Assembly: GCF_006345805.1 (NCBI RefSeq)
Contig: NC_042997.1
Location: 194,680,001 to 194,744,000 of the forward strand
Length of the DNA stretch: 64,000 nt
Direction: 5' to 3'
DNA from: Octopus sinensis
Lineage: Eukaryota
The notes below the pieces were generated by a model. It had not been told where the DNA came from and did not search any database. It worked only from the letters and a program-made list of their open reading frames with translations. This document shows positions 25,298 to 37,201 of this stretch, piece after piece. The position numbers were made by a program, and so were the translations under genes. Position 1 is the stretch's first letter. Each line of letters opens with the position of its first letter.

Positions 25298-25731
25298 GGT
25301 ACTGCTTAAGAAGAGTGGTCCCAGTGCATGTACTCGCGCAAGCTAGTCATGACTAGTCGATCCTTACGTTGTGTTTTTGTGTTTTATTTACTTTGTTTAA
25401 CAAAAATTGGATCTTTTCGCTTTGACCGGCAGATATTTAAAATAATTTCTTTGTAACTAAACACTTTTAAACTTCGTATACTGGTAGTGTGTTACATAAA
25501 ACATCTTTTCCTCTTGGCGTTCTTGAGAAAATTCTGTAGTTTGTAAGCTATTTCTTGTTAAATTTCTTGCGTTTCGGCAATTTCAACCAATCAAAGCGAA
25601 AAGATCCCCAAAATTATTTATTTTGTGTTTTATTTACTTTGCTTGGTAGTCGTTGTAGGATCGACTAGACACGACTAGCTAGTGCGGATGCGCGAGTGCG
25701 CGCACCGGGGCCACTCTTCTTAAGTAGTACC
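25298..25731. mobile_element. GGTAC-family MITE with 9-bp TSD and a short GGATC MITE nested at 25409-25607
   Basis: About 65-bp TIRs ggtactgcttaagaagagtggtccc.../...ccactcttcttaagtagtacc; TSD ctgaatttt/ttgaatttt. Confidence 0.8.
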
Positions 25732-25956
25732 TTGAATTTTTTTTTTGCCTATTCTGAATCTCTGTTGCAGAAACGTCGGATTCCGTCGAAAAACAATAAA
25801 AAATTAAAATCGAAAAAGTGTTGGGGTGCGTACGCTGTACCACCGCAAAAAACAAAAAAACAAAAACTACCTTCTTTCTCTTTTTTTGTTTTTAAACCAC
25901 AAAGTAACTTTTGAAACGAAGGGCCTAGAATTTCGTACATGGTACTTAGTTTGGTA

Positions 25957-26902
25957 GAAAGCGGCGATCTGGCAGAAACATTAGCACGCTGGGTGAAATG
26001 CTCAACGGTATTTCGTCTGCCGTTACATTCTGAGTTCAAATTCCACCGTGATCGACTTTGCCTTTCATCCTTCCGGGGTCGATTAAATAAGTACCAGTTA
26101 CGCACTGGTGTCGATATAATCGACTTAATCCGTTTGTCCCCTCTGTGTTTAGCCCCTTGTGGGTGGTAAAGAAAGAAGTATTTCATCTGCCGCTACGTTC
26201 TGAGTTCAAATTCCGCCGAGGTCGACTTTGCCTTTCATCCTTTTGGGGTTGATTAAATAAGTACCAGTTACGCACTGGGGTCGATATAACCGACTTAATC
26301 CGTTTGTCTGTCCTTGTTTGTCCCCTCTGTGTTTAGCCCCTTGTGGGTAGTAAAGAAATAGATATTTCGTCTGTCGTTACGTTCTGAGTTCAAATTCTGC
26401 CACGGTCGACTTTGCCTTTCATCCTTTCGGGGTCGATAAATTAAGTACCAGTTATACACTGAGGTCAATATAATCGACTTAATCCGTTTGTCTGTCCTTG
26501 TTTGTCCCCTTTGTGTTTAGTCCCTTGTGGGTAGTAAAGAAATAGGTATTTTTTCTGCTGTTACGTTCTGAGTTCAAATTCCGCTGTGATCGACTTTTTC
26601 TTTCATCCTTCCGGGGTCGATTAAATAAGTACCAGTTACGCACTGGGGTCGATATAATCGACTTAATCCGTTTGTCTGTCATTGTTTGTCCCCTATGTGT
26701 TTAGCCCCTTGTGGGTAGTAAAGAAAGAAGTATTTCATCTGCTGCTACGTTCTGAGTTCAAATTCCGCCAAGGTCGACTTTGCCTTTCATCTTTTCAGGG
26801 TCGATTAGATAAGTACCAGTTGCGCACTGGGGTCGATATAATCGACTTAGTCCGTTTGTTTGTCCTCTCTGTGTTTGGCTCCTTGTAGGTAGTAAAGAAA
26901 TA
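25957..26902 (+). mobile_element. SINE family 2 tandem pentamer (one head plus five bodies)
   Basis: ttctgagttcaaatt recurs near 26030, 26199, 26383, 26566 and 26749; flanked by TSD ggtacttagtttggta. Confidence 0.88.
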
Positions 26903-27371
26903 GGTACTTAGTTTGGTAAGTATCTCTCAGTCCTTGAGTTACTGTGTAACTTTAGCCAATTGATAACGATTTCAGTTTTTGGCACAAAACCAGCAAGTGG
27001 ATCTAATTTATTTGGTTTGCCAACATTTCGAAAATGAAAGTTTATTGAAAATTTTTAAATTTTGCACAATGAAATACTTTTCCAAGCTGAATTACTGGAG
27101 TTATTTCAATTTTTCCAGAAAAATGTTTTTAAAAAGGTATAGAAGTTTAATCATTTTTACCCAGTCAGGAAACAGGATATGTAAGCTGTCACTTTGTGCC
27201 TCACAGCATGTGTTGCCAACTATAAACAAATCAAATTCTGCTCTACGCACGTTCATTGACATGTATGAAATTCAAAGCGAAGCAATGCCCATATGGCGAT
27301 CTTTAACCCCTCATGACTTTATTATTTTTTTGGTGTTTTCAGAAAAATTTTGCGAATATGTATTCTACACA

Positions 27372-27910
27372 TGAGGGGAAAGACTTCCGCGCCCCTCAAT
27401 GTTCTCCCAAATTTGTTTATTTTTGAAAATTTTTTTACCAAAAATCCCCGTTTTCGGATACGGAGGTTCCGGAAAATTACCAAAAATCGGCATTGTGAAA
27501 TTTCCCCCCCTTTTCCCCCCAACTTCTTCAATCTTGATTTTCTCTCCAACACTAACCCTAAAACCGTAACCGTAAGGACAGAAATATTTTGAAATCTTTG
27601 TCCAAATCATGATGTCCGTATTTTTCTACATATTTAGAAAATAAAAATTGTTAAAAAAAATGTTACAAAGATTTTTGGAAATTTTTCTCAGAATCATAAT
27701 CTCTGTATTTTTCCGCACATTTTGAAAAAAAAAAAAGCGTGCAAAAAGTTTTAAATTAAGGAAATTAGGATGGGGGTAATTTAGAAATGTCGATTTTTGC
27801 CAATTTTTTTGCAGATTCGTATTCCCCGTAGCTGAAAAGGTGGGGCAGGGTTGTGTCGAAAAAAAAATTTAAAGGGTGGTTGGGCGGGTAGAAGTCTTGC
27901 CCACATAGGA
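27372..27910. mobile_element. Unclassified MITE-like repeat with G/C runs; second copy at about 56676-57260
   Basis: Both begin atgaggg(g/a)aagacttccg and align along their length; imperfect inverted end gaagtcttgcccacat. Confidence 0.6.
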
Positions 27911-28645
27911 ATTCATGTGACTGTCCAAAAATTTTTTAAAACATTTTTTTGGTGCATGATTTAAGGCCTATTTAGTTGCTATTTTTAGTACAATTGACAA
28001 CCACCTCAATGAGTGGAAAATATTTGCCAACACGTGCTTTCTCACACACAAAAGACTTCTCATGTTCTGCTTGTTACTATGGAAACATGCATGAATATGT
28101 CTGTGGCTTACAATTAGCTAAATTACATAAAATTTTAGTTAATAATTTTTATTTATTGATTTATAACGAAAATGATTTTCACATAATTCACTAACCTTTA
28201 AAGGTATATCATTACACCGAATATGTAATCTATTCGAGCAGAATTGAAGTTGGCAACCAAACTGACTAGATCCCAACATGTTTTTAGGGAAGGGTAAGTC
28301 GATAACATCGGTGACCAGTAATAAAGTCACAGGGAAAAAAGTCACAATTAATTTATGGGATCTAGACAAAACCTCCTTGGACAAAACTCCCCCGGACAAA
28401 ACCCGTGACTTTTTTTCCTGTCACTTTTTTACCTGGATTCATAACATTGCACACTGTGTTCAACAGGTACTTATGTCATCGACCCTGAAAGTATGAAAGG
28501 CGAAGTGGACATTTGTGGAATTTGAACCCAGGACGTAAAGAGCCAGAAGAATTGCTGCTAAATATTTTGTCCAACTTGCTAATGTTTCTTCTAGCTTGCA
28601 GCTGTCTTCTACTGATTAATAATTTTAAGAAAGGTATTTTAGATA

Positions 28646-28954
28646 TTTTTTTTTTTTACGACCAGGCTATCAGATGTTGCTACACATCGCTGGTCACAAT
28701 GCGCTTCACATTGTTTTTTTAGCCTTCAAATGACGCCACCCCGCAGGCTAAGCGAGCAGGCCAACAGAAGAAAGAGTGAGAGAAAGTTGTAGCGAAAGAG
28801 TACAGCAGGGATCGCCACCACTCCCTGCCGGAGCCTTGTGGAGCTTTAGGTGTTTTCGCTCAATAAACTCTCACAACGCCTGGTCTGGGAATCGAAACCG
28901 CGATCCTACGACCGTGAGTCCGCTGCCCTAACCACTGGGCCATTGCGCCTCCAC
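28646..28954 (-). mobile_element. SINE family 3, tail type B with poly(A)
   Basis: Same head and body as 8279 with a different 3' part; TSD attttagata. Confidence 0.82.
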
Positions 28955-28960
28955 ATTTTA

Positions 28961-29259
28961 GATATAGTGGTTGTATACTGTCAACTTAACGTGACAGTCC
29001 CGTATGGGAATTACACCACTGCTGTTTAGCCCTAGGAAGCGTCGAACGCTTCCTGTTGGCTTTGACCCAGAAACATGCATGTCCTCAGGTGTGAATCTTG
29101 GCTGGTGGGGGTGCTTGCCTCCCCTTCACAAATATAAGGACACAGGAAATGTGTCAAAGCCAACAGGAAGCGTTCGATGCGTCCTAGGGCTAAACAGTGG
29201 TGGTGTGATTCCCTTTATGGGACTGTCACATTGAGTTGACAGTATACAACCACTCTATC
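28961..29259. mobile_element. Hairpin MITE with about 105-bp TIRs, unclassified
   Basis: gatatagtggttgtatactgtcaact...ggctttgac and gtcaaagcc...agttgacagtatacaaccactctatc are reverse complements; about 85-nt spacer. Confidence 0.75.
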
Positions 29260-29367
29260 GCTCCACCACCACTCATGTCTCTCTGAGACATTTAGAAATT
29301 TAATATTTCTGATTATTTTAGATAATTTGGGCTTACTGATTTGTCACCATGTTTCTTCATTTATGAT

Positions 29368-29743
29368 GGATGGAAGCACTCCGTCGGTTACGACGACGAG
29401 GGTTCCGGTTGATCTGAATCAACGGAACAGCCTGCTCGTGAAATTAACGTGTAAGTGGCTGAGCACTCCACAGACACGTGTACCCTTAACGTAGTTCTCG
29501 GGGATATTCAGCGTGACACAGAGAGTGACAAGGCCGGCCGTTTGAAATACAGGTACAACAGAAACAGGAAGTAAGAGCGAGAGAAAGTTTGTGGTGAAAG
29601 AGTACAGCAGGGATCACCACCATCCCCTGCCGGAGCCTCGTGGAGCTTTTAGGTGTTTTCGCTCAATAAACACTCACAACGCCCGGTCTGGGAATCAAAA
29701 CCGCGAGTCCGCTGCCCTAACCACTGGGCCATTGCGCCTCCAC
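29368..29743 (-). mobile_element. SINE family 3, tail type A, inserted in the Gypsy protease
   Basis: TSD cttcatttatgat on both sides. Confidence 0.86.
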
Positions 29744-29895
29744 CTTCATTTATGATAGTGATGTCACTACCCATGTCTAATTGCCTTTTGATACCAGTGG
29801 TTTCGATTCTCACCTTGATCAATTTTCTGTTTACTGATGACAAACTTTTTTTTCTCATTTGGTCCAGTTTTTTGTCATCTTAGTTTTACAGTGCA

Positions 29896-30501
29896 GTTAA
29901 GTTAAGTTAAGTTAAGTTAAGTTAAGTTTTTGGCTCAAAAATCAAAAAGCAAGGCCATGTAGGGGGACATGGAGTTATGTACTGGGAGGGTGTTCATGCA
30001 AAGAGTTCAGGCCATTTCAGGTCAAGAGAGACTTTGAACCAAGCGGTCGTTGGCATCTTCACTATCTCGTCCGGCAGCTTATTCCACAGATCCACAACCC
30101 GGACGGAGAAAGCGCCTCTCCTTCGATTGAGATGAAATCATCACAGATAGAGCTTTTCGGAGTGACCCCGCAGCTGATGCTCTGGAGCAGGAGTGAAGAA
30201 CAGCTCTTTCAAGAGGTTACACTTTCTTTATGATGTTGTGAGCAAGAATGAGATCACCATGGCGGCGGCATTTTTCGAGAGAATAAAGGTCGAACGTCTT
30301 CAGCCTTTCTTCATACGACAAATTCTTGAGACCAAGAACCATGCGGGTAGCCAGCTTCTGGACTCTTTCAAGATGATGTATGTCTTTGAGGAGATAAGGA
30401 GAAGAGGCTTGAATCCCGTACTCCAATATGGGTCTCACCAGCGTGACATAGAGCGGTAGGAATATGGCTGCTGTGAGCATTCCGAATGACCGTCGAATCA
30501 A
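29896..30501 (-). mobile_element. 5'-truncated CR1-clade LINE with (AACTT)n tail
   Basis: IRRSFGMLTAAIFLPLYVTLVRPILEYG...YEERLKTFDLYSLEKCRRHGDLI, then RVVDLWNKLP; tail repeat at 29896-29926. Confidence 0.85.
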
Positions 30502-31263
30502 AAACAGAACTCCACAGGTACCTTCCCCTTCATGCCATACATGGGTTTATCTCTTGATGTATATCGTGTTTTTTTGTGAAACACTTTATCTTCTACACTG
30601 GTTTTATCTGTAAACAATCTCTGCATTGGATTTCTTACTTTTAATATCATATCATACTCTTCTGACAGTTTCTGAGGAGTTATATCCTGGTTCATACATG
30701 GTAAAGCCTTCGTCATTGCTTTTTTCAGTGTTCAAATACTTCCAATGTGTGTTGAACAATGTTGCTTTTTCACTAAACACCCTACACAAAATGTCAATTG
30801 TGTCTATGAAATTTATGTCAGAAACTTTTTGGAGGCAATATAAACTTTTCTCACCCATCTCTTTATTTTCCTTGTGACCAGTGATACAGCTTATTTCACA
30901 AAACTTTGCCATACAACAAACAGTGTTGTCCCCAAACTGTACACTTGTGTACACGTATATTTTACAACTATAAAGGAGATGGAAGTGTGTGTGTACATGA
31001 GGTTTACAATATGAAATCAGTTTTCTTTAAATTAATTTTGGCGATGGTTACTCGATGGTTACTATATGAAGAATATACAGTCAAATGTGAGTTGGTATAC
31101 TTGTTAAAATAACTCCGAAATAATTTTTAACATCGGAAATTTAAACTCTTAACAAGAAAAATCATTAGTGTTAATGATAATTTTTTTAAGAAAAGGAAGG
31201 GAGAAAACTTGGAAATTTTTGCTTTTTTTTTTCTTTGTCTTTCATTTGTACTATATATACATA

Positions 31264-31662
31264 CTAGCAGTATCGCCCAGCGTTGCTCAGGTTTGTAAGG
31301 GAAATAACTATATAAGCATTTTTAGAGATGTAAAGTATAATAGCCATCTCAATATGGCTAACCACAAAGGGAGTGGGGTGTTACTGTAGCTTTTTACGTT
31401 CTGAGATTTAATAATAAATTTTTAGAGAGTTACTTCCCTTATATATGCCAAAAATGCATTAAAAATGGGAAAAATTCATGGTAAATTTTTTTTTAAATTG
31501 TAGACTCATCGTAGACGCGCACTAATACCCAGAAGGGCTCGATATGAATCACAACTATAAGATACCCGGTTTTGGTTAAACTGCACCGCAAAATGTGGGA
31601 GTAGTTAGGAATCTAAATCGTAGGAGACAGACAGCACACAACCTAACTTTTATATATAAAGA
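31264..31662 (-). mobile_element. Non-autonomous Helitron
   Basis: Minus strand A|TC...GC-rich hairpin (cctgagcaacgctgggcg)...CTAG|T with no TSD; the empty site is visible in the paralogous segment near 34390. Confidence 0.82.
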
Positions 31663-31700
31663 TATCATATACATATGTGTTATATTTCTCATTTTTTTTT

Positions 31701-32082
31701 TTACTTGTTTCAGTCATTTTGACTGCGGCCATGCTGGAGCACCGCCTTTAATCGAGCAACTCAACCTCGGGACTTATTCTTTGAAGCCCAGTACTTATTC
31801 TATCGGTCTCTTTTGCCGAACCGCTAAGTGACGGGGACATAAACACACCAGCATCGGTTATCAAGCAATGCTAGGGGGACAAACACAGACACACAAACAT
31901 ACACGCACATACATATATACGACAGGCTTCTTTCAGTTTCCGTCTACCAAATCCACTCACAAGGCATTGGTCGGCCCGAGGCTATAGCAGAAGACACTTG
32001 CCCAAGGTGCCACGCAGTGGGACTGAACCCGGAACCATGTGGTTCATAAGCAAGCTACTTACCACACAGCCACTCCTGCGCC
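31701..32082 (-). mobile_element. SINE family 1, full length
   Basis: Family 1 on the minus strand. Confidence 0.88.
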
Positions 32083-32574
32083 TATATAAGTAATAAAATT
32101 TTTTGGATTTTACGTAAATGAACTTGGAGATACAGTACATGGTATTGTTACTTTGCTAAGAAAACATTTACACGCAAGCAAATTTCTGTGCACACCTACA
32201 AGTACTAGTTTTCAAACTCAATCATGTCGATAAGTACAGAGATAGGATGTGGAAACGATTTGAGAAAATCATTTAAAATCACATAATTAACAGAGCAACT
32301 TTTTTTTAATCAGTTTCTACAAATTACTATATATTGTTTCACGTATTCAGATCAATATGACCGAGTTGATCTCTGAGCTATGAAAATAGATTAAGCAGAT
32401 TTTATGACACCATAAAATGAAGAGGTTGCGTGATTTGATTGCAATGTTAACTATACAGCTGATAGACGGTGCTACAACAAAAATAAATGATTATTCTTTT
32501 GCAACTGGAAGTAAAGCGCTCCAAAGTGAAGTTCAAATAGGTTTTATACTTTATTCTTTTACTCCCTTTTTCAC

Positions 32575-32975
32575 TCTTTTACTTGTTTCAGTCATTTGAC
32601 TGTGGCCATGCTGGAGCACTGCCTTTAGTCGAGTAAATTGACCCCGGGACTTATTCTTTGTAAGCTTAGTACTTATTCTATCGGTTTCTTTTGCCGAATC
32701 CTAAGTTCTGATGACGTAAACACACCAGCATCGGTTGTCAAGCGATGTTGGGGGGATAAACACAGACACACAAACTTATACACACATATACACATATATA
32801 TACATATATATATACGATGGGCTTCTTTCAGTTTCCGTTTACCAAATCCACTCACAAGGCTTTGGTCAGCCTGAGGCTATAGTAGAAGACATTTGCCCAT
32901 GGTGCCATGCAGTGGGACTGAACCTTGAACCATGTGGTTTATAAGCAAGCTACTTACCACACAGCCACACCTACA
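32575..32975 (-). mobile_element. SINE family 1
   Basis: Family 1 on the minus strand. Confidence 0.85.
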
Positions 32976-33019
32976 CCTGTAAAAGTTCTTTTGAAAACTT
33001 CTTCAAAAACAAAATGAAT

Positions 33020-33512
33020 CATTTGATATTTTGCTGCCAAAATGCTTATCGCTTTGCTCGCCACACCGAGCTAAAACTATTCATTAAGCAGGCCTTGGCT
33101 CGGATTAATATCCCCTCAGTTCTGGAGCCGGTGGGATAATCCAGAAGTAATGGGAGGAAATCAGATGGTCTTACTCTCTGTCTCTGGGTCGCTTCAGTCT
33201 GTGACTCTTTTGTCCCTTTTCACATCCTGGATGGGGTAATAAATGGGAGGGTCATTGCTTTCGTAGCTGAACGAAACAAAACCCTGAAGTACCGGGACCT
33301 GACAATGAACTATCCCTTCCAACCTGTGACATTTCAAACGTTTGGAGGGATTGGGCCACTAATGGTGAAGTTCTTGTCATTGTTGGCAGCTTGCCTCACT
33401 GAGGTGTTAGGTGATGCCCTTGAGGGTGCTTAGCTTTTCCAACATCTTAGCCTTGCCATCACCCATGGTAATGCTGTGAACATGCTAGCTTGCTTCAGTA
33501 GGTTCTGTTTAA
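33020..33512 (+). mobile_element. CRE-clade non-LTR retrotransposon 3' fossil (zinc knuckle plus restriction-like endonuclease)
   Basis: One frame with two stops: HLIFCCQNAYRFARH...IPSVLEPVG*SRSNGRKSDGLTL...AERNKTLKYRDL...FQPVTFQTFGGIGP...LFQHLSLAITHGNA. Confidence 0.7.
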
Positions 33513-34461
33513 TCTTGTGGTGTGAGACAAATTTGTAGCAAATTCTGCAAGCTTGAAGTGGATTCGATCCACTATAGCCAAATTTAAATCAACACTGCTA
33601 CAGAACTTTTCCCACGATGGAACAATGTTTTTTCTCTGACAGCAGTTTTTACATTTTCCAGATGCCATTAGCTAGGCCAAAATAATGTCTTCACCACTTG
33701 ATCCTTTCTAACCTCTTCTACTCCACCAAAAGCTAGAATGGATAACAAGATCACCAACTAAATCTATTGTTCTCAATGATATATCTATCCCTCTGGATCT
33801 TAATATAAGCAAGCACATCCCAAGCAAAAATCAGTTAGTCACCAGCCGGGTGACGATTCAACCAAGTTCATCACAGTCGTGACGACTGAACGAAATCTGG
33901 CTGACCAGCTAGAACTTTGATCAGAGGGAGAAAGCAACTGTCAGACAACACCCTATAATTCTCTCTAGCTCTAATTCTGTTCTCTTACAACATCATTCTA
34001 TCTTTCTCAGCAATTACTACTAAACAATGAAGAGGACACAAGCACAAACTTTACTTCGCATGCTTTTGGATGTATCAAAATCTGCCCGTCGAGGCAAGGT
34101 ATTTGTAACGTAACAGTAAATAAACACCTCTTTTAAACTTCATCCATTGTTCCTATTTCACATCCTACAGTTTACCATTATAACAACCAAATAATTATCA
34201 TCACAACTGTTGCTGACAACATCATCATAACATTGTTTAACAATCAATTTCTACCGTTACAATTGGTAACTGTACCAACTCAATTATTTCCGTTACAAAT
34301 TGAAGTACTTGGTACTATATTGATGTTTTCTTTCTTTCTTTTCTTTCTCCCTTTTTTGCTTTTTTTTCTTTGTCTTTCATTTGTACTATATATACATATA
34401 TCATATACATATGTGTTATATATGTAATAAAATTTTTTGAGTTTTACGTAAATAAACTTGG

Positions 34462-34865
34462 AGGAGTGGCTGTGTGGTAAGTAGCTTGCTTACCAACCAC
34501 ATGGTTCTGGGTTCAGTCCCACTGCGTGGCACCTTGGGCAAGTGTCTTCTACTATAGTCTCGGGCCGACCAAAGCCTTGTGAGTGGATTTGGTAGACGGA
34601 AACTGAAAGAAGCCCATTGTATATATGTATATATATATATATATATATATGTGCGTGTGTGTTTGTGTGTCTGTGTTTGTCCCCTTAGTATTGCTTGACA
34701 ACCGATGCTGGTGTGTTTATGTCCCCGTCACTTAGCAGTTCGGCAAAAGAGACCGATAAAATAAGTACTGGGCTTACAAAGAATAAGTCCCGGGTCAAGT
34801 CGCTCGATTAAAAGGTGGTGCTCCAGCATGGCCGCAGTCAAATGACTGAAACCAGTAAAAGAGAG
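34462..34865 (+). mobile_element. SINE family 1
   Basis: Family 1 head to tail. Confidence 0.86.
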
Positions 34866-34902
34866 AGAGATACAGTAAACGGTATTGTTACAGTATTGTT
34901 AA

Positions 34903-35132
34903 GGCGGTGAGCTGGCAGAAACGTTAGCACGCCGGGCGAAATGCTTAGCGGTATTTCGTCTGCGTTACGTTGTGAGTTCAAATTCCGCCGAGGTCGACTT
35001 TGCCTTTCATCCTTTCGGGGTCGATAAATTAAGTACCAGTTACGCACTGGGGTCGATGTAATCAACTTAATACCTATGTCTGTCCTTGTTTGTCCCCTCT
35101 GTGTTTAGCCCCTTGTGGGTAATAAAGAAATA
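34903..35132 (+). mobile_element. SINE family 2 monomer
   Basis: Head ggcggtgagctggcagaaacg, core tttcatcctttcggggtcgataaattaagtaccag; TSD ggtattgttacagt. Confidence 0.88.
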
Positions 35133-35833
35133 GGTATTGTTACAGTGATAAATTTCATATTTTGTCCATAGTAAAAATCGATGTCAATAGCAGTTAATTA
35201 ACTGGCAGTAGTCCATGGTTGAGTAAACATGTGATCGATAATTGTAAAGTATATGGTCTAGTGATTCATTACTATATATTATTGATATTTTATTTAAAGC
35301 TTCAGTTTGATAAAATAAGCACTAGTTATGACATGATACATCAATCTCAATTGGATACAGAAATTCAAAATGGTGAGATACCTCACATGATAATTTACAT
35401 CAACCAGCTTTGAATTATATCTTGAACACCAAGCTCCATCAGCGGGCAGTTTGTTGAAAGTATTCATATTTTCACAAGGCATAAAATATCTATCTTTCTG
35501 ACAAGTAACAGGGATAATATCTTCATTCTCAAAGTCAATAGTGATGTCAGAGATGTAAAGAGACGTCTGTCAAGAATTGAAATTTGTTCACAAATTTGGA
35601 TCATTAGGAGTAGTTTTCTTGCTATAAGATCTTCTGCCTTTGTCTCTTTATTATATTTGAAAGTAAGAAGCCAATTAACACACTCCAAATCCTTACTGCT
35701 TGTCTCCATTTAATTTATATTCAATTTCAATTTTGAAGTTTTCTCCCTTCCTTTACTTAACAAAAATTATCATTAACACTAACTATTTTTCTTGTTAAGA
35801 GTTTAAATTTCCAATTGTTAAAAATTATTTCAG

Positions 35834-36237
35834 AGGAGTGACTGTGTGGTAAGTAGCTTGCTTACCAACCACATGGTTCCGGGTTCAGTTCCACTGTGTG
35901 GCACCTTGAACAGGTGTCTTCTACTATAGCCTCAGTCCAACCAAACCCTAGTTAGTGGATTTGGTAGACAGAAACTGAAAAAAAAGAAGCCCGTCGTATA
36001 TATGTATATGTATATATATATATATGTTTGTGTGTCTGTGTTAGTCACCCCACCCCATCGCTTGACAACCGATGCTGGTGTGTTTATGTTCCCGTAACTT
36101 AGCGGTTTGGCAAAAGAGACCGATAGAATAAGTACTAGGCTTACAAAGAATAAGTCCTGGGGTCGATTTGTTTGACTACAGGCGGTGCTCCAGCATCGCT
36201 GCAGTCAAATGACTGAAACAAGTAAAAGAGTAAAGAG
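35834..36237 (+). mobile_element. SINE family 1
   Basis: Family 1 head to tail. Confidence 0.85.
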
Positions 36238-37164
36238 TTATTTTATTAAGTATACCACCTCACATTTGACTATATTCTTCATATAGTAAATACACATAGG
36301 ACAGTTTATCACTGGAGTGTATTTATGGAAGAGTAAATTGTAAATGCCCCAATACTCGGTTCTCTACATCTTAACTAATTAGTCCTGCATACCCTTAAAA
36401 AGATGAGATAATCATGGTCAGAGAGTCTTTAAGCATAGGTTTGCTCTATCAGGATTGACCTGGGACAAAATAATAACAAAAACATTAATAGGTATAACTA
36501 AAGAAGCGTGTCATTTTGACTTTGTTTCCTCATAACTTTCTGGAAAATGAATATTTTTTTTAACAAAATTTTCTACAAATATCTTTCAGATGGCAGAAAT
36601 TGCAATAATATTGGAATTTAGATTGGAAAAAATGAGGTGGGAGATCAGAGATGAATTTGTTGGTATGGCTGTTTGGTAAGTGATAAACCTTAGAATATAC
36701 TCACGTGATCCCTGCTATTTCTAGCATACTAACTAACTCCAATTAAATTCACACAAATAGAAAAAAAAATAACGAAAACAGCAGATTTTAATTCTTTTCC
36801 TTTATATCCTAACTCTAACCTTTTCTGCTGGAATTAAGTTCTTTTTTTTTTCTTTTTCGTTTTGCTCATAATCCATTTAGAGTAGATTATCTAACGCTCT
36901 AATCTTTGGTGATTTATAGTGTATAAAACATGACCTGAGGCACAAATGGGATGGAGTTTTATTATTAATCAAATCACACTGTCCACACCAAACTACAGAC
37001 AGAAAACCTCATTCTTGCCAGAGAAACAGAACGACCTTCTTCCACATCAATCTGCAGTAAGTTGATACTTTTTTTAACAGTTTCTCTTTCACGAAATTGT
37101 CAGACAATATTAAACTATTGTTGTCGATGTTGCTATTGTTGTTTAACCCCAGGTCAAATTAACC

Positions 37165-37200
<36 letters not shown>

Positions 37201-37201
<1 letters not shown>

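Larger units (their letters stand above)
29280..30960 (-). mobile_element. Decayed Ty3/Gypsy gag-protease fossil interrupted by a CR1 and a SINE
   Basis: Gag-like SDINFIDTIDILCRVFSEKATLFNTHWKYLN (about 30750-30850); aspartic protease RKLIKVRI...QLDMGSDITIINE|ETW split by a SINE with TSD cttcatttatgat. Confidence 0.65.

Noticed and set aside
34011-34098. AG/GT-bounded candidate exon (MKRTQAQTLLRMLLDVSKSARRGK)
   Set aside because: Lies among decayed retroelement sequence, has no recognisable homology, and cannot extend the RGS frame past the TGA at 47340. At most a UTR exon.
36592-37056. Donor-like GTAAGT sites at about 36676 and 37057 as RGS upstream exons
   Set aside because: Plausible but unsupported without transcript data; part of the region resembles repeat sequence.
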